IMG/VR virus record: IMGVR_UViG_3300042892_002840
Location: 1-64,000 of that record
Direction: 5' to 3' (one strand)
From: a virus
Length of the DNA: 64,000 nt
Part shown: positions 31,592-40,934 of the stretch, piece by piece
Layout of the letters: each line of letters begins with the position of its first letter
Position numbering within the stretch: position 1 is the stretch's first letter
Program-made: the position numbers and the translations under genes
The notes under the pieces: model-generated
The model's input: the letters and a program-made list of their open reading frames with translations, nothing else
The model's database searches: none
What the model was told of the DNA's origin: nothing

Positions 31592-32743
31592 TTACGCCTC
31601 TTCTAGTGCTTTTACTCTCGCTGTAAGTTCTTGTACCGCTTTAATTAATGGAGAAATAAACTCTTCGTATCTAAGAGCTTGTTGTCCTTCTGAATCATTT
31701 ACATCAGATATTACCCAACCACCAAAATCTTCGACGTCAGAGTCATCTACTGCTTGTTTTACCTCTTGTGCGATCAAGCCGTAGTGTGTTCTGTCCCCAT
31801 CAATCTTGGTATACTTAACTGGGTTTAATCTATTGATAAAGTCTAAACCTAAATCAGTTTCAATTATATTTTCTTTTGTTCTTGAATCAGAGATGACTGT
31901 TGCTGCAGTATTCAAATATATGTTTTTCCAGGCTCTGGTTGTTGAGCTTGTTCCTCCATCAATTGGCCCAATAATTCCCAAAGAGTATTGGTTAGTTGAA
32001 AGAGGAAACCAGTTAGACGAAACTCCAACTGAGGATGTAATAGTAGTATTTAAACCTATGATTGTTGAAATTGGATTAAGCGAAGGAGTAACTCCAGCTG
32101 GCCCCTGTGCGCCCTGTGCGCCTGCAGCGCCTGGCTCTCCTGGTGCCCCATCTTGTCCTCTTGGGATAACAAAGTTTAAAAGAACATTACTTGATGTCCC
32201 AGAGTTTGTTACATCTGCATTTGATCCAGGTGCCGAAGTAGTTGTTGAAACAACCTGAATTGTTGCCGCTGCATCTCCCTTTGCTCCTGTAGCTCCAGTA
32301 CTTCCTGTAGCACCCGTAGGTCCAACCATGGTTGTTCCCGCTGGCCATGCACCAGAAACTTTTGGGCCAAATATTGTTGTTGAAGATGTATTAATATAAA
32401 AGTCTCCATCTGAACCAACTTCTGAGCTTGGGTTAGATGTTCCGTTAAGCACACTGTTTCCGCCCATTGCTGTTCCAGATCCCCATGCTCCAGATGTTTT
32501 AGGGCCAAATATTGAGTTGCTTACTGTGTTGATGTAAAAGTCTCCATCAACCCCAGTAACGCTTGTTGGGTTTGATGTCCCGTTAAGTACGCTAGTGCCT
32601 CGCTCTCCCTGCTCACCTTGTGGGCCTGGGTTAGCCTCAATAAAGGCAGAGATATCCTCTGCAAGAACCCCTAGATCTCTAGGGACATCTGGTGAATCGG
32701 AGTAGCTGGGAAAACGCCAGCCGTTTATACCTGTTGTGCTCAT
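31592..32743 (-). CDS. collagen-like fibre with S74 chaperone
   Basis: Three Gly-X-Y stretches; SDSRTKENI...HYGLIAQEV. Confidence 0.85.
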   Translation of the reverse strand: MSTTGINGWRFPSYSDSPDVPRDLGVLAEDISAFIEANPGPQGEQGERGTSVLNGTSNPTSVTGVDGDFYINTVSNSIFGPKTSGAWGSGTAMGGNSVLNGTSNPSSEVGSDGDFYINTSSTTIFGPKVSGAWPAGTTMVGPTGATGSTGATGAKGDAAATIQVVSTTTSAPGSNADVTNSGTSSNVLLNFVIPRGQDGAPGEPGAAGAQGAQGPAGVTPSLNPISTIIGLNTTITSSVGVSSNWFPLSTNQYSLGIIGPIDGGTSSTTRAWKNIYLNTAATVISDSRTKENIIETDLGLDFINRLNPVKYTKIDGDRTHYGLIAQEVKQAVDDSDVEDFGGWVISDVNDSEGQQALRYEEFISPLIKAVQELTARVKALEEA

Positions 32744-32762
32744 TTTTTAATTATACCACCTA

Positions 32763-33374
32763 TTAATTTAATTTACTTCTTTTGAACATGAATGCTGGAC
32801 ACATATACTTAAACCCAGAAACAATCGGTGTTGATTCGTGATAGTAAGGCTTTACTGATGGGAACATCAAAAGGCTTCCTGGCTCTGGCTTTAATTTAAT
32901 GTTGTGATTTTTAAATATAACATCGCCACCCTCAAAATCATCATTTAGATATAGGACAATTGAAGCTGTTAATCTTGCTTCGTCATCATCATCTTCACAA
33001 TCAATGTGTGGACCCATTTGTCCACCTGGGTGATACTTTCTAATGGTTATTTCATCTGGTAAAAAACCAAGGTCTTTATCGACTGACTCAGAGTAATCAT
33101 TAATGCACATCTGTATTGCATCATGAATAGTTGATATAATCAAAAAAGATTCTTCGTCTACAGAACCATCAAGACCGCTTCTATATGCACCCGCTTTAAA
33201 CTCTCCGAACACATCATCTGGCCTAGTACTTGAAACCCATGGTTCCCAATTACTGAGAGTAGGATTGCTTGCCATCTTAAGATTAAGCTCTTCTATTTTT
33301 TTAATAAAAGCATTAGGATTTGGAATTAATTCTTTGTAATAAAAAATCCCATCTGCTAAAACTTCTTTTATCAT
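32763..33374 (-). CDS. 2OG-Fe(II) oxygenase, prolyl-4-hydroxylase-like
   Basis: HID, YLNDDFEGG, YH, K (SGFKY). Confidence 0.9.
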   Translation of the reverse strand: MIKEVLADGIFYYKELIPNPNAFIKKIEELNLKMASNPTLSNWEPWVSSTRPDDVFGEFKAGAYRSGLDGSVDEESFLIISTIHDAIQMCINDYSESVDKDLGFLPDEITIRKYHPGGQMGPHIDCEDDDDEARLTASIVLYLNDDFEGGDVIFKNHNIKLKPEPGSLLMFPSVKPYYHESTPIVSGFKYMCPAFMFKRSKLN

Positions 33375-34069
33375 TCTCTACCCTTTGGCATAGATGGCTT
33401 TCCTTCTGGAGTTGCCCATTTTTTATAAAGCTCTTCTTGCTCTTCTCTGACTTTCTTTAACTCTTCTGCCCATGCTTGCTTCTGTTCTTCTGTATACACA
33501 CATCTAGCATCATCCCAAAAGGATCCGATTGTGTATCTTATTCCGCCTCGAACAGTTGTGACCATGTGCTCTCTTGTATGACCGCCAGCAAAAAATGCTG
33601 CTAGGCCAATCTCTGGCTTTACGTCAATGCCATTGTCTTTAAATTTTAAATGACCACCTTCAAAATCATCATTTAAATAAATGAAGACTGCATATTTACT
33701 TTTTTCAAAAGCTGTTGGATTTCCATCATCGTCTGAGTTATCTGAGTGATAGTCAGCAAATGCACCATCAATCCATCTCTGTGCATGGTAGCTGACTTCA
33801 TTAACCTCAAACCCTAAAAGCTCTTCAGTCTTTGACTTAATTTTTTCTTTAAGTTGACCGAAGAAGTCTGGGTCAAGGCCAAATAACTTAAGCCTATCGT
33901 CTGTTGGCCAGTATCCCATGGCTTGTGATCCGTAAAAAGAGATCTCGTTCCATTTAAGAACCTTATTGTCTACAAGGTAGTCAAAGTATTTAATGACAGC
34001 TTCGCAGGTCTCTTTATCTATAAAATTTTCTACAAGAAAAAATTCATCTCTAATAGGCCTGTCTGTCAT
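33371..34069 (-). CDS. 2OG-Fe(II) oxygenase, prolyl-4-hydroxylase-like
   Basis: HSD, YLNDDFEGG, H, R (GIRYT). Confidence 0.9.
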   Translation of the reverse strand: MTDRPIRDEFFLVENFIDKETCEAVIKYFDYLVDNKVLKWNEISFYGSQAMGYWPTDDRLKLFGLDPDFFGQLKEKIKSKTEELLGFEVNEVSYHAQRWIDGAFADYHSDNSDDDGNPTAFEKSKYAVFIYLNDDFEGGHLKFKDNGIDVKPEIGLAAFFAGGHTREHMVTTVRGGIRYTIGSFWDDARCVYTEEQKQAWAEELKKVREEQEELYKKWATPEGKPSMPKGRE

Positions 34070-34854
34070 GATTCATACCCTAAATGTTTTCTTTCTGAGT
34101 ATTTCATGTTTTTTGGATTTTCTTTTTCAATTCTATCCCACTCCATCTTAGCCCATCTGTATGCCCCAATGTGTTTTTGGTTAGCTATCCATTCTGGGGT
34201 TCCATCAAAGATATGCTGAATAAAATTACGAATAAAGAATTTTTCTCCATTTTTAATTACTCTAACTCCATGGAAATATGGTTCTGTTGAAGGGAATACA
34301 AGGATGTCTCCCGCCTTTGGCTTGTATGGATAGTATACGTCATCAACAATAAACTCAATATCTCCGCCCTCGTAGTCATCGTTTATGTATGTTGTGCAAG
34401 TCAGCAAAAACTTTGGACCTGGCATATCTCTTTCAGAAATAATATAATCCGTGTGGTATTGCATTGTCATTTCATTTCGCATAGTATCAATGTTTGAATT
34501 ATATTTTGAAAACGAAGATGTCATCAACTTTGAGGTTGGTGGCATTTGAACATTGTATCTTTCTACGTAGTCTTCAATTGCAGTATTGTATGCCTCGTAA
34601 ACTCTATCAGACAAATGCTTTTCTTCATCATACATAGGGCCAAACTCTCTAGGCTCATTGTCGTCGTGTTTTTGCTGTGAGTATGTACCAAAAATAGACC
34701 ATTGGTCCCAAGTTCTTAAGTAGTACTTTCCTTCTGATGTGCGCTCAGATCTCTTCATTATGTCATAAAGATTATCTGCGTCAGGTAGTAATCCCTGATA
34801 AATTCTTACATTTGGCAGTAACTCAAATGATGTGTACTCTTGCTTACTTGTCAT
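34066..34854 (-). CDS. 2OG-Fe(II) oxygenase, prolyl-4-hydroxylase-like
   Basis: HTD, YINDDYEGG, FH, K (GEKFF). Confidence 0.9.
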   Translation of the reverse strand: MTSKQEYTSFELLPNVRIYQGLLPDADNLYDIMKRSERTSEGKYYLRTWDQWSIFGTYSQQKHDDNEPREFGPMYDEEKHLSDRVYEAYNTAIEDYVERYNVQMPPTSKLMTSSFSKYNSNIDTMRNEMTMQYHTDYIISERDMPGPKFLLTCTTYINDDYEGGDIEFIVDDVYYPYKPKAGDILVFPSTEPYFHGVRVIKNGEKFFIRNFIQHIFDGTPEWIANQKHIGAYRWAKMEWDRIEKENPKNMKYSERKHLGYES

Positions 34855-35521
34855 CCTCTAATCCCAACTTTGTTATTGTCCAGAAAAATGGGGCAGTATA
34901 TCTAGTCCCACTTGTAACCTTTGTCACTCCATGAATATAGTTCTTGTCCCCAGGGAAAAAGTACGCTGCTCTTGGTTTAGGTTTAAATTTAATATTTTGA
35001 AGTGGAAAGAATAGCTCTCCGCCTTCATAGTCGTCGTTTAAATAAAATACAGTTCCTAAGTCATACCATGGAAATTCATTTGGTGTTCCTGCGTCTGGGC
35101 CTTCGTGAAGCTCTTTATCTGCATGTGGAAACTGCATTGTGCCTACAGGCCACCTTACAATAGCTGCATCAGTCGGCTTTACTTCAACCTGAAACTTTTC
35201 TCTAATATAAGGTGTCATTCTTTCAATTACACGATCTAAAATTGCTACAACTTCGCCTGTTGGATCTGCTTTCAAAAGAGTATTCATTGTTGCTACTCTG
35301 TCTTCCCAAACCCTGTGGTCATATATAATGCTTCCATTTTCATTCCATTGGGACTCTGTTACATCCCATACAGTGTTGCTTTTTGCAAAAGTAAGAAGAT
35401 AGTCTTGCTCTTCTGGTGTCACCATGTCCTCTAGCTCGACAACATTATCTGGTGAATTGCCAAAGTATCCAGAAGGAGTGATAGTTTCTCTTGCGTATCG
35501 TGCTCTTTTAGTATATTCCAT
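34844..35521 (-). CDS. 2OG-Fe(II) oxygenase, prolyl-4-hydroxylase-like
   Basis: HAD, YLNDDYEGG, IH, R (GTRYT). Confidence 0.9.
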   Translation of the reverse strand: MEYTKRARYARETITPSGYFGNSPDNVVELEDMVTPEEQDYLLTFAKSNTVWDVTESQWNENGSIIYDHRVWEDRVATMNTLLKADPTGEVVAILDRVIERMTPYIREKFQVEVKPTDAAIVRWPVGTMQFPHADKELHEGPDAGTPNEFPWYDLGTVFYLNDDYEGGELFFPLQNIKFKPKPRAAYFFPGDKNYIHGVTKVTSGTRYTAPFFWTITKLGLEDDK

Positions 35522-35528
35522 TTTTTAC

Positions 35529-36257
35529 CTATTCATATTTCTTTAGAGATCGAACGGTTTGCTTGTATGCACCGCCGTCTTTTGTTCTAAACTTTTTTGC
35601 CTGAGCATTGTGTCTTTCTTGCAAAGAAACAAGGTCATGAAATTTTGGCTCCATTTTCCACTCTTCTCTTTTATATGGAATTAGCTGAAGGTAAGGAGTT
35701 CCTTTTGGAACCTTACCCTCAAAGTCATTCCTTAAGAAAAACGGTATAAGACCTGGAGTATTCATCTTATCATTATCTATTATAGCAGAGGTGGTTATAA
35801 ACGGTAAATCAAATCTGTTGATTGGATTTACATATAAAACGCTATATCCATCTGGAACCTCTGGTGCCCAATTAGGATACCAGTGGAAGTGTCTGTCTAG
35901 GTATCCGTGTGGAACTGGAAACTCATTCATAGGGGCTCTTGACCCAACAAAATCTTCGTATCCTGGTTCTGGTATTGCTATCATCTCACCATTTGGCAGT
36001 TTGCTAAAAACAATATCGCATGGGGTTACATAAAAATATCCAGTGATAAATATATCAAGTAAACCTGGGCAAGACTTAAAGCTTCTTACTAGTCCACCTT
36101 CAGGGTTGGGCCAGTACTCTCCTGTCTGCTTGTTAAGCTCAAACTTGTCTGCTTTTTTAAACCATTCTGGAGTTAAATTTCTTGCTGGCTTTGGCTGATA
36201 TTCTTCGCTTATAATGTTGTACAGCCTATTAGAATGAAATTTTATTTTATTGCTCAT
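35529..36257 (-). CDS. DUF6065-like protein of unknown function
   Basis: KSCPG..D...GY..TPCD, NRFDLPF, GTPYLQLIPYKRE; paralog of 39473..40204. Confidence 0.6.
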   Translation of the reverse strand: MSNKIKFHSNRLYNIISEEYQPKPARNLTPEWFKKADKFELNKQTGEYWPNPEGGLVRSFKSCPGLLDIFITGYFYVTPCDIVFSKLPNGEMIAIPEPGYEDFVGSRAPMNEFPVPHGYLDRHFHWYPNWAPEVPDGYSVLYVNPINRFDLPFITTSAIIDNDKMNTPGLIPFFLRNDFEGKVPKGTPYLQLIPYKREEWKMEPKFHDLVSLQERHNAQAKKFRTKDGGAYKQTVRSLKKYE

Positions 36258-36945
36258 TTGTTTTTAACCTAATTACCTTTAGCTCGTGTTCACCTATTTT
36301 GTTGCCTAGATGATCTGTTGCATTCCTATAAAAGCCAGCCCACTTACCCTGCTGATTAATTCTTTCTGCTGTCTCTCCATATTCTCTTCCATCAAATTGA
36401 GCACCGACGTAATCCTTACCGTCGTGTAAATTAATTTCAGAATTATTTAATTCAGACAAAGTAATTGGGAGTATGGCAGCTACTGGTGTATTTGCTGGTA
36501 TTGTTATAATCTTTCCTGGGGAAGTTATTCTCCAAACAACTGGAATCTCGCCTGAAAAAAATGATGTTGTTAATAGCGTAGTAAATGCTTGAGCTCCATC
36601 TATAAATTGATTTGGAACTGGCATAATAAGAGTTGTTGTCTCCAAGTTAGTCTTAAAGGTTAGCCCTGTCCTAAAGCTTATTGTTCCATTTGCTCTATTT
36701 GTGTGACAATAATTTTCTCCAGAAAGAACCTTTACATGATCTGGGCTGCTATTAGAAATGCCATCCCATATAAAAGAAATATCTTCTGGAAAAGAAATTC
36801 CCCATCCTAGTTGATTTGCAAGGCTTACTGGAAAACAATTGTAGGCGTGTCTATCTACAGTATTTTCCATCCAGTCTCTCTTTACAGAAAGCTGGGATAT
36901 CTCCCCTGGATTTTTATCAGCCTTATAAACCTCTATTTTATGCAT
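36247..36945 (-). CDS. DUF6065 family protein
   Basis: RDWM...HAYNCFPVSLANQLGW signature. Confidence 0.7.
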   Translation of the reverse strand: MHKIEVYKADKNPGEISQLSVKRDWMENTVDRHAYNCFPVSLANQLGWGISFPEDISFIWDGISNSSPDHVKVLSGENYCHTNRANGTISFRTGLTFKTNLETTTLIMPVPNQFIDGAQAFTTLLTTSFFSGEIPVVWRITSPGKIITIPANTPVAAILPITLSELNNSEINLHDGKDYVGAQFDGREYGETAERINQQGKWAGFYRNATDHLGNKIGEHELKVIRLKTNEQ

Positions 36946-37636
36946 AGCCCTCAGTGTATCTCTTTTCTATTTCCCTATAGTCTGGAGTATGCGGAGCCTC
37001 TAAATAGTCTAGCATTGTTACTATTGAATATTTTGTGCCGCTTGTTACTGGAAGCGAAGCGTGAGAAAACAGATAGCTTGAAGGGAAAAGGTACAGGTCT
37101 CCTGCTTTAGGCTTAATCTTTAAATTAAATTTATCAAAGTAAAGTTCGCCTCCTTCATAGTCATCATTAATATATCCTACCGATGACAGCACACATATAT
37201 AAGAGTATCCATGATCTGAGTGTACTTGAAAATGCTGGCCTGGCCCATACTTTACAAAATTAAATGATTCCCAGTACTTGAGTGGAGCAACATTAAAGCG
37301 CTGTCTATAATCTTCAACAGGACCTATTTGCACATCTCTTGAGTCTTCCCAAATTTTTTCTAGCTTTATCTGATCTGGGCTCTTGTTGGAATCATCTGGA
37401 TTGTTTTTCTTAACTTTAAAATCAAAAGCATCTCTATACTTAAGGTCGTTGTTAGCGTATCCCGTTGTAGCCTGCTTCCATTTGTATGTGGAGTGAGGGG
37501 AATCAGAATATCCAACCCCTTCTGCATTAGGGTCTGAAGATAGGCATTCTTCTAACCTATTAATTAGATCCATTTCTTTTGTAAATACATTTCTGTAAAC
37601 AAGCACACCTGGTGCTAAAATTTCTGGCTGGTTCAT
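36938..37636 (-). CDS. 2OG-Fe(II) oxygenase, prolyl-4-hydroxylase-like
   Basis: HSD, YINDDYEGG, SH, K (GTKYS). Confidence 0.9.
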   Translation of the reverse strand: MNQPEILAPGVLVYRNVFTKEMDLINRLEECLSSDPNAEGVGYSDSPHSTYKWKQATTGYANNDLKYRDAFDFKVKKNNPDDSNKSPDQIKLEKIWEDSRDVQIGPVEDYRQRFNVAPLKYWESFNFVKYGPGQHFQVHSDHGYSYICVLSSVGYINDDYEGGELYFDKFNLKIKPKAGDLYLFPSSYLFSHASLPVTSGTKYSIVTMLDYLEAPHTPDYREIEKRYTEGYA

Positions 37637-37675
37637 TTTGTCTCCCTTATCTATATTATATATAATTCTTGCAGT

Positions 37676-38437
37676 TTAGTCAATCAACTTATCTTTTATA
37701 AATCTACCTCTTTTTTTATCTATAGCAACAAGACTTGACTTATATAAGTCTTTTGTCCAAAAGCTTGTGTGAGTGTATCTGTTGCCAGAAGTTATCTGTC
37801 TGATACCGTGCATTGTATTTATGTCACCACTGAATATTAAAAGCATTCCAGCTTTTGGCTTAATTGAAAACTCATTATGTTGAGGAAAGAAAAGCTCTCC
37901 TCCTTCAAAATCATCATTAAGATACAGCATTGAGGTGTAAAGTTTATTTGTAAATAGCCTTTTATATTCAGTTATATTTTTTTCTTCAAAGAAATATTTG
38001 CATTGCTCTGGGACTAAAGATAAATCAATAGTGCTTAGGTCAAAGTTTGGATCGATAAAGTCAACATGTGGCTCTTGAAGATGTGGGTAATACCATTTAA
38101 CTATTTCCCATAACTCGCTGTATATTTCAAAATCAGGCTTAAAGAAATCTTTTACTTGCTCTTCCATTCTTTCTTGAATTGGAACAACAAATTTAAACAG
38201 TTCTTTGTAGTTTTCCATGCCCTCTCTGTAAAGCTCATTTATCTCTATTCTACGATTATCCCAGTGCTCTGCTGCAGACTTATAGTCTTCTTCTGTCTTA
38301 AAAGTTTGTCTTTGTCTATTATGCTTAGACCATAATCCAGATTCTTCTGAATATTTAATTAGCCAGTCGCATTCTTCCTTGCTTATAAAATTCTCAACTA
38401 TTCTACAATGTGGTGATTTTAGGTCTTTTATATTCAT
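37676..38437 (-). CDS. 2OG-Fe(II) oxygenase, prolyl-4-hydroxylase-like
   Basis: VENFISKEEC, HVD, YLNDDFEGG, MH, R (GNRYT). Confidence 0.9.
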   Translation of the reverse strand: MNIKDLKSPHCRIVENFISKEECDWLIKYSEESGLWSKHNRQRQTFKTEEDYKSAAEHWDNRRIEINELYREGMENYKELFKFVVPIQERMEEQVKDFFKPDFEIYSELWEIVKWYYPHLQEPHVDFIDPNFDLSTIDLSLVPEQCKYFFEEKNITEYKRLFTNKLYTSMLYLNDDFEGGELFFPQHNEFSIKPKAGMLLIFSGDINTMHGIRQITSGNRYTHTSFWTKDLYKSSLVAIDKKRGRFIKDKLID

Positions 38438-39000
38438 CTCAACCAGCTTGCTATTGCGTATCTGGTTCCAGAGATTACTGGATTAACCTTATGCCTATAT
38501 GCATATGAAGAAGGAAACATTATAAAATCTCCTGCCTGTGGCTTATACTTTACATCAAATGAAGGGAACTCTATTTCCCCTCCCTCATAGTTATCATTTA
38601 AATAAAATACAGTTGATGCCCTTCTAAAAGTTGCGCCTGCGTCATCTATGTGTAGATCAAATTTGCCGCCGACATCGTACTTTAGTATCTTGTAGGGCTG
38701 ATGAACCTTAAATTTAATATAATGGTCTTCTTCATAATCTTTCTCTATTTCAGAGAATGTTTTATTGAAAAGGCTTGAAAAAAACTTAACATAGTCTTCG
38801 TCTTCTTCCCTTGAGTAAGCTGTAATATCTATTGATTTTGTATCTCTGTAAGAACTGTCTAGTGATTTGTTTCCGTCATTAGCATCAACAACATACTCTG
38901 ATAGCCATTCGGCATTTGACAAAGATTCTATTTCTTTAAAAATTTTTGAGCTATCTATCTTGTAGACAACTATTCCTGGCGCTAGTGTACTTTTAATCAC
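38434..39000 (-). CDS. 2OG-Fe(II) oxygenase, prolyl-4-hydroxylase-like
   Basis: HID, YLNDNYEGG, RH, R (GTRYA). Confidence 0.9.
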   Translation of the reverse strand: MIKSTLAPGIVVYKIDSSKIFKEIESLSNAEWLSEYVVDANDGNKSLDSSYRDTKSIDITAYSREEDEDYVKFFSSLFNKTFSEIEKDYEEDHYIKFKVHQPYKILKYDVGGKFDLHIDDAGATFRRASTVFYLNDNYEGGEIEFPSFDVKYKPQAGDFIMFPSSYAYRHKVNPVISGTRYAIASWLR

Positions 39001-39473
39001 ATAAACATCCTGTAGTAGGGCCTAATAAACCATTTTGGAGTAATAGGATTTACATGCATCTTCCATATTATTGCAAATGCATAGGTGTCGTTATTAAAAT
39101 TATTTAAATATGATTCTCCATTTTTAATAACAAATGTGCTGTTTTCATATTCACCATTTAAATATGTTAGAGTCTGACAAAATGTGTCTTCGTCAAACTT
39201 AGCATTCTCTATATTTCCATTAATTTTTAAAATTTGATAATAAAATGGAAACACTTTTTCTGAAACATTATGGTTGTCGTATATTATTTGCTGAACAGAT
39301 AGCCCAGTCTCTTCGACAATTCTAGCTGAGTGCCTATGTATTTTATACATCATCTCGCCATCAATTCTATTTTCTGTCCACAGCTTTGGCTGTTTAGAAA
39401 GGTTCCATTGATCTAATGATATTAGTACTTCTTTGTAAGGGTCAAGCAAAGAAGATGGTATGTGTGTGTACAT
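38997..39473 (-). CDS. degenerate oxygenase-like protein lacking the HxD/H triad
   Basis: TYLNGEYE resembles the YLNDDYEGG motif, but no HxD is present. Confidence 0.5.
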   Translation of the reverse strand: MYTHIPSSLLDPYKEVLISLDQWNLSKQPKLWTENRIDGEMMYKIHRHSARIVEETGLSVQQIIYDNHNVSEKVFPFYYQILKINGNIENAKFDEDTFCQTLTYLNGEYENSTFVIKNGESYLNNFNNDTYAFAIIWKMHVNPITPKWFIRPYYRMFM

Positions 39474-40204
39474 TACTTATACTCTCTTCTTTCCCAAAAC
39501 TTATCCTTATATACTCCGCCATCTGGCTTTCTAAATATCTTTCTTGTTTTTATAATTCTATCATATATATCGCCAGCCTTGTCTATCTGCAATTCTGATT
39601 CCCAATTTTCTCTTTTGAATGGTATTATTTGTGCATATGGGGTGCCAGCTGGTATTACTCCTAGCCAACCTTCAATTAAAAAAAATGGCAAAGATCCTGG
39701 CATAGAAACTTTATCTGTATCTATAATCCCAGATGTGTTGATAAACGGTAAATCAAATCTATTCATTGGCGTTATATACAGAGAGCTATAGCCGTCTGGA
39801 GTTTTAATTCCCCAGTCAGACATCCAAGCAAAGGATTCTTTTCTATATCCTAATGGCGTGGGAAATCCAGAGAGCGGATGCCTTATTTCACAAAAGTCTT
39901 CATATTTTGAATCTTCTATTTTTACATCTATTTCTAAGTTTTCATTAATAAAAAATTCAATATCACATGGTGTTTTTAATACATATCCTGTTGTAAATGC
40001 ATCAAGTAAAGCTGGACAACCTTTCCATGTTGCCATCTTTCCACCATCTGAGTCTAAAACATATTCATTTTTTTCATTTTTAAAAAATCTATCTGCAATA
40101 CTATACCATTTTGGAATAAATTTAGATGTTGGCATTGGGCTGCTTATGCTTGACTTATTCAGCCAATGCCTATTAGCAATAAATGTTATTAGGCTTGCTT
40201 TCAT
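39473..40204 (-). CDS. DUF6065-like protein of unknown function
   Basis: KGCPA..D...GY..TPCD, NRFDLPF, GTPYAQIIPFKRE. Confidence 0.6.
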   Translation of the reverse strand: MKASLITFIANRHWLNKSSISSPMPTSKFIPKWYSIADRFFKNEKNEYVLDSDGGKMATWKGCPALLDAFTTGYVLKTPCDIEFFINENLEIDVKIEDSKYEDFCEIRHPLSGFPTPLGYRKESFAWMSDWGIKTPDGYSSLYITPMNRFDLPFINTSGIIDTDKVSMPGSLPFFLIEGWLGVIPAGTPYAQIIPFKRENWESELQIDKAGDIYDRIIKTRKIFRKPDGGVYKDKFWERREYK

Positions 40205-40911
40205 TACTGTGTCTTAAGAAATGAATTTGTTTTAGCCCCTTGAGAACTAACAACATGGCCTCTGTCTGTATAATCAAGCATTGTAACTACTGAATACTTG
40301 GTTCCGCTTGTTACTGGCATGGCTCTATGTGGGTACATAAAATTAGATGGGAATACAACAAGGTCCCCCTCTGAAGGATTATACATTATGTCTTGAAGCC
40401 TAAAATATAATTCCCCTCCATCATAATCGTCGTTAATGTATCCTACAAGAGATACAGTGGATGTGTAAGAAAAACCATGGTCCGTGTGCTCTTGGAAATG
40501 CTGACCCTCATGATATCTGATAAAATTCATTACTTCCCAGTACTGTAACTCGCTTATATTGTACATTAAACAATAATCTTTTACGGCTTCAGACATTACG
40601 TCGTAGCATTGTTGCCACATATCTTTTAAAATTTCAGTTCCTTCATCTGTATTATGAAGGTCATCTTTTCTAAATTTAAAGTCAACACAGTCTCTGTAGT
40701 CTGGCTTTTTAAATCCGTATCCTACTGTTGCTTCTCTCCATTTATATGGGTTAAGCGTTGATCCTAAAACAGACTCTATTTTATTTATAATTCCTATATC
40801 TTTTTTTAAAAGATTTTTATAAACAACTATACCTGGAGCGAGAATTTCTTTCTCGCTCCAGGTTTTAGTTATAGAGTTAGGATCAATTAATTTAGGTCCT
40901 ATTGTTGACAA
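40204..40911 (-). CDS. 2OG-Fe(II) oxygenase, prolyl-4-hydroxylase-like
   Basis: HTD, YINDDYDGG, PH, K (GTKYS); paralog of 36938..37636. Confidence 0.9.
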   Translation of the reverse strand: MSTIGPKLIDPNSITKTWSEKEILAPGIVVYKNLLKKDIGIINKIESVLGSTLNPYKWREATVGYGFKKPDYRDCVDFKFRKDDLHNTDEGTEILKDMWQQCYDVMSEAVKDYCLMYNISELQYWEVMNFIRYHEGQHFQEHTDHGFSYTSTVSLVGYINDDYDGGELYFRLQDIMYNPSEGDLVVFPSNFMYPHRAMPVTSGTKYSVVTMLDYTDRGHVVSSQGAKTNSFLKTQ

Positions 40912-40934
40912 GCTAATCTCTTTTCTTTTAAATA

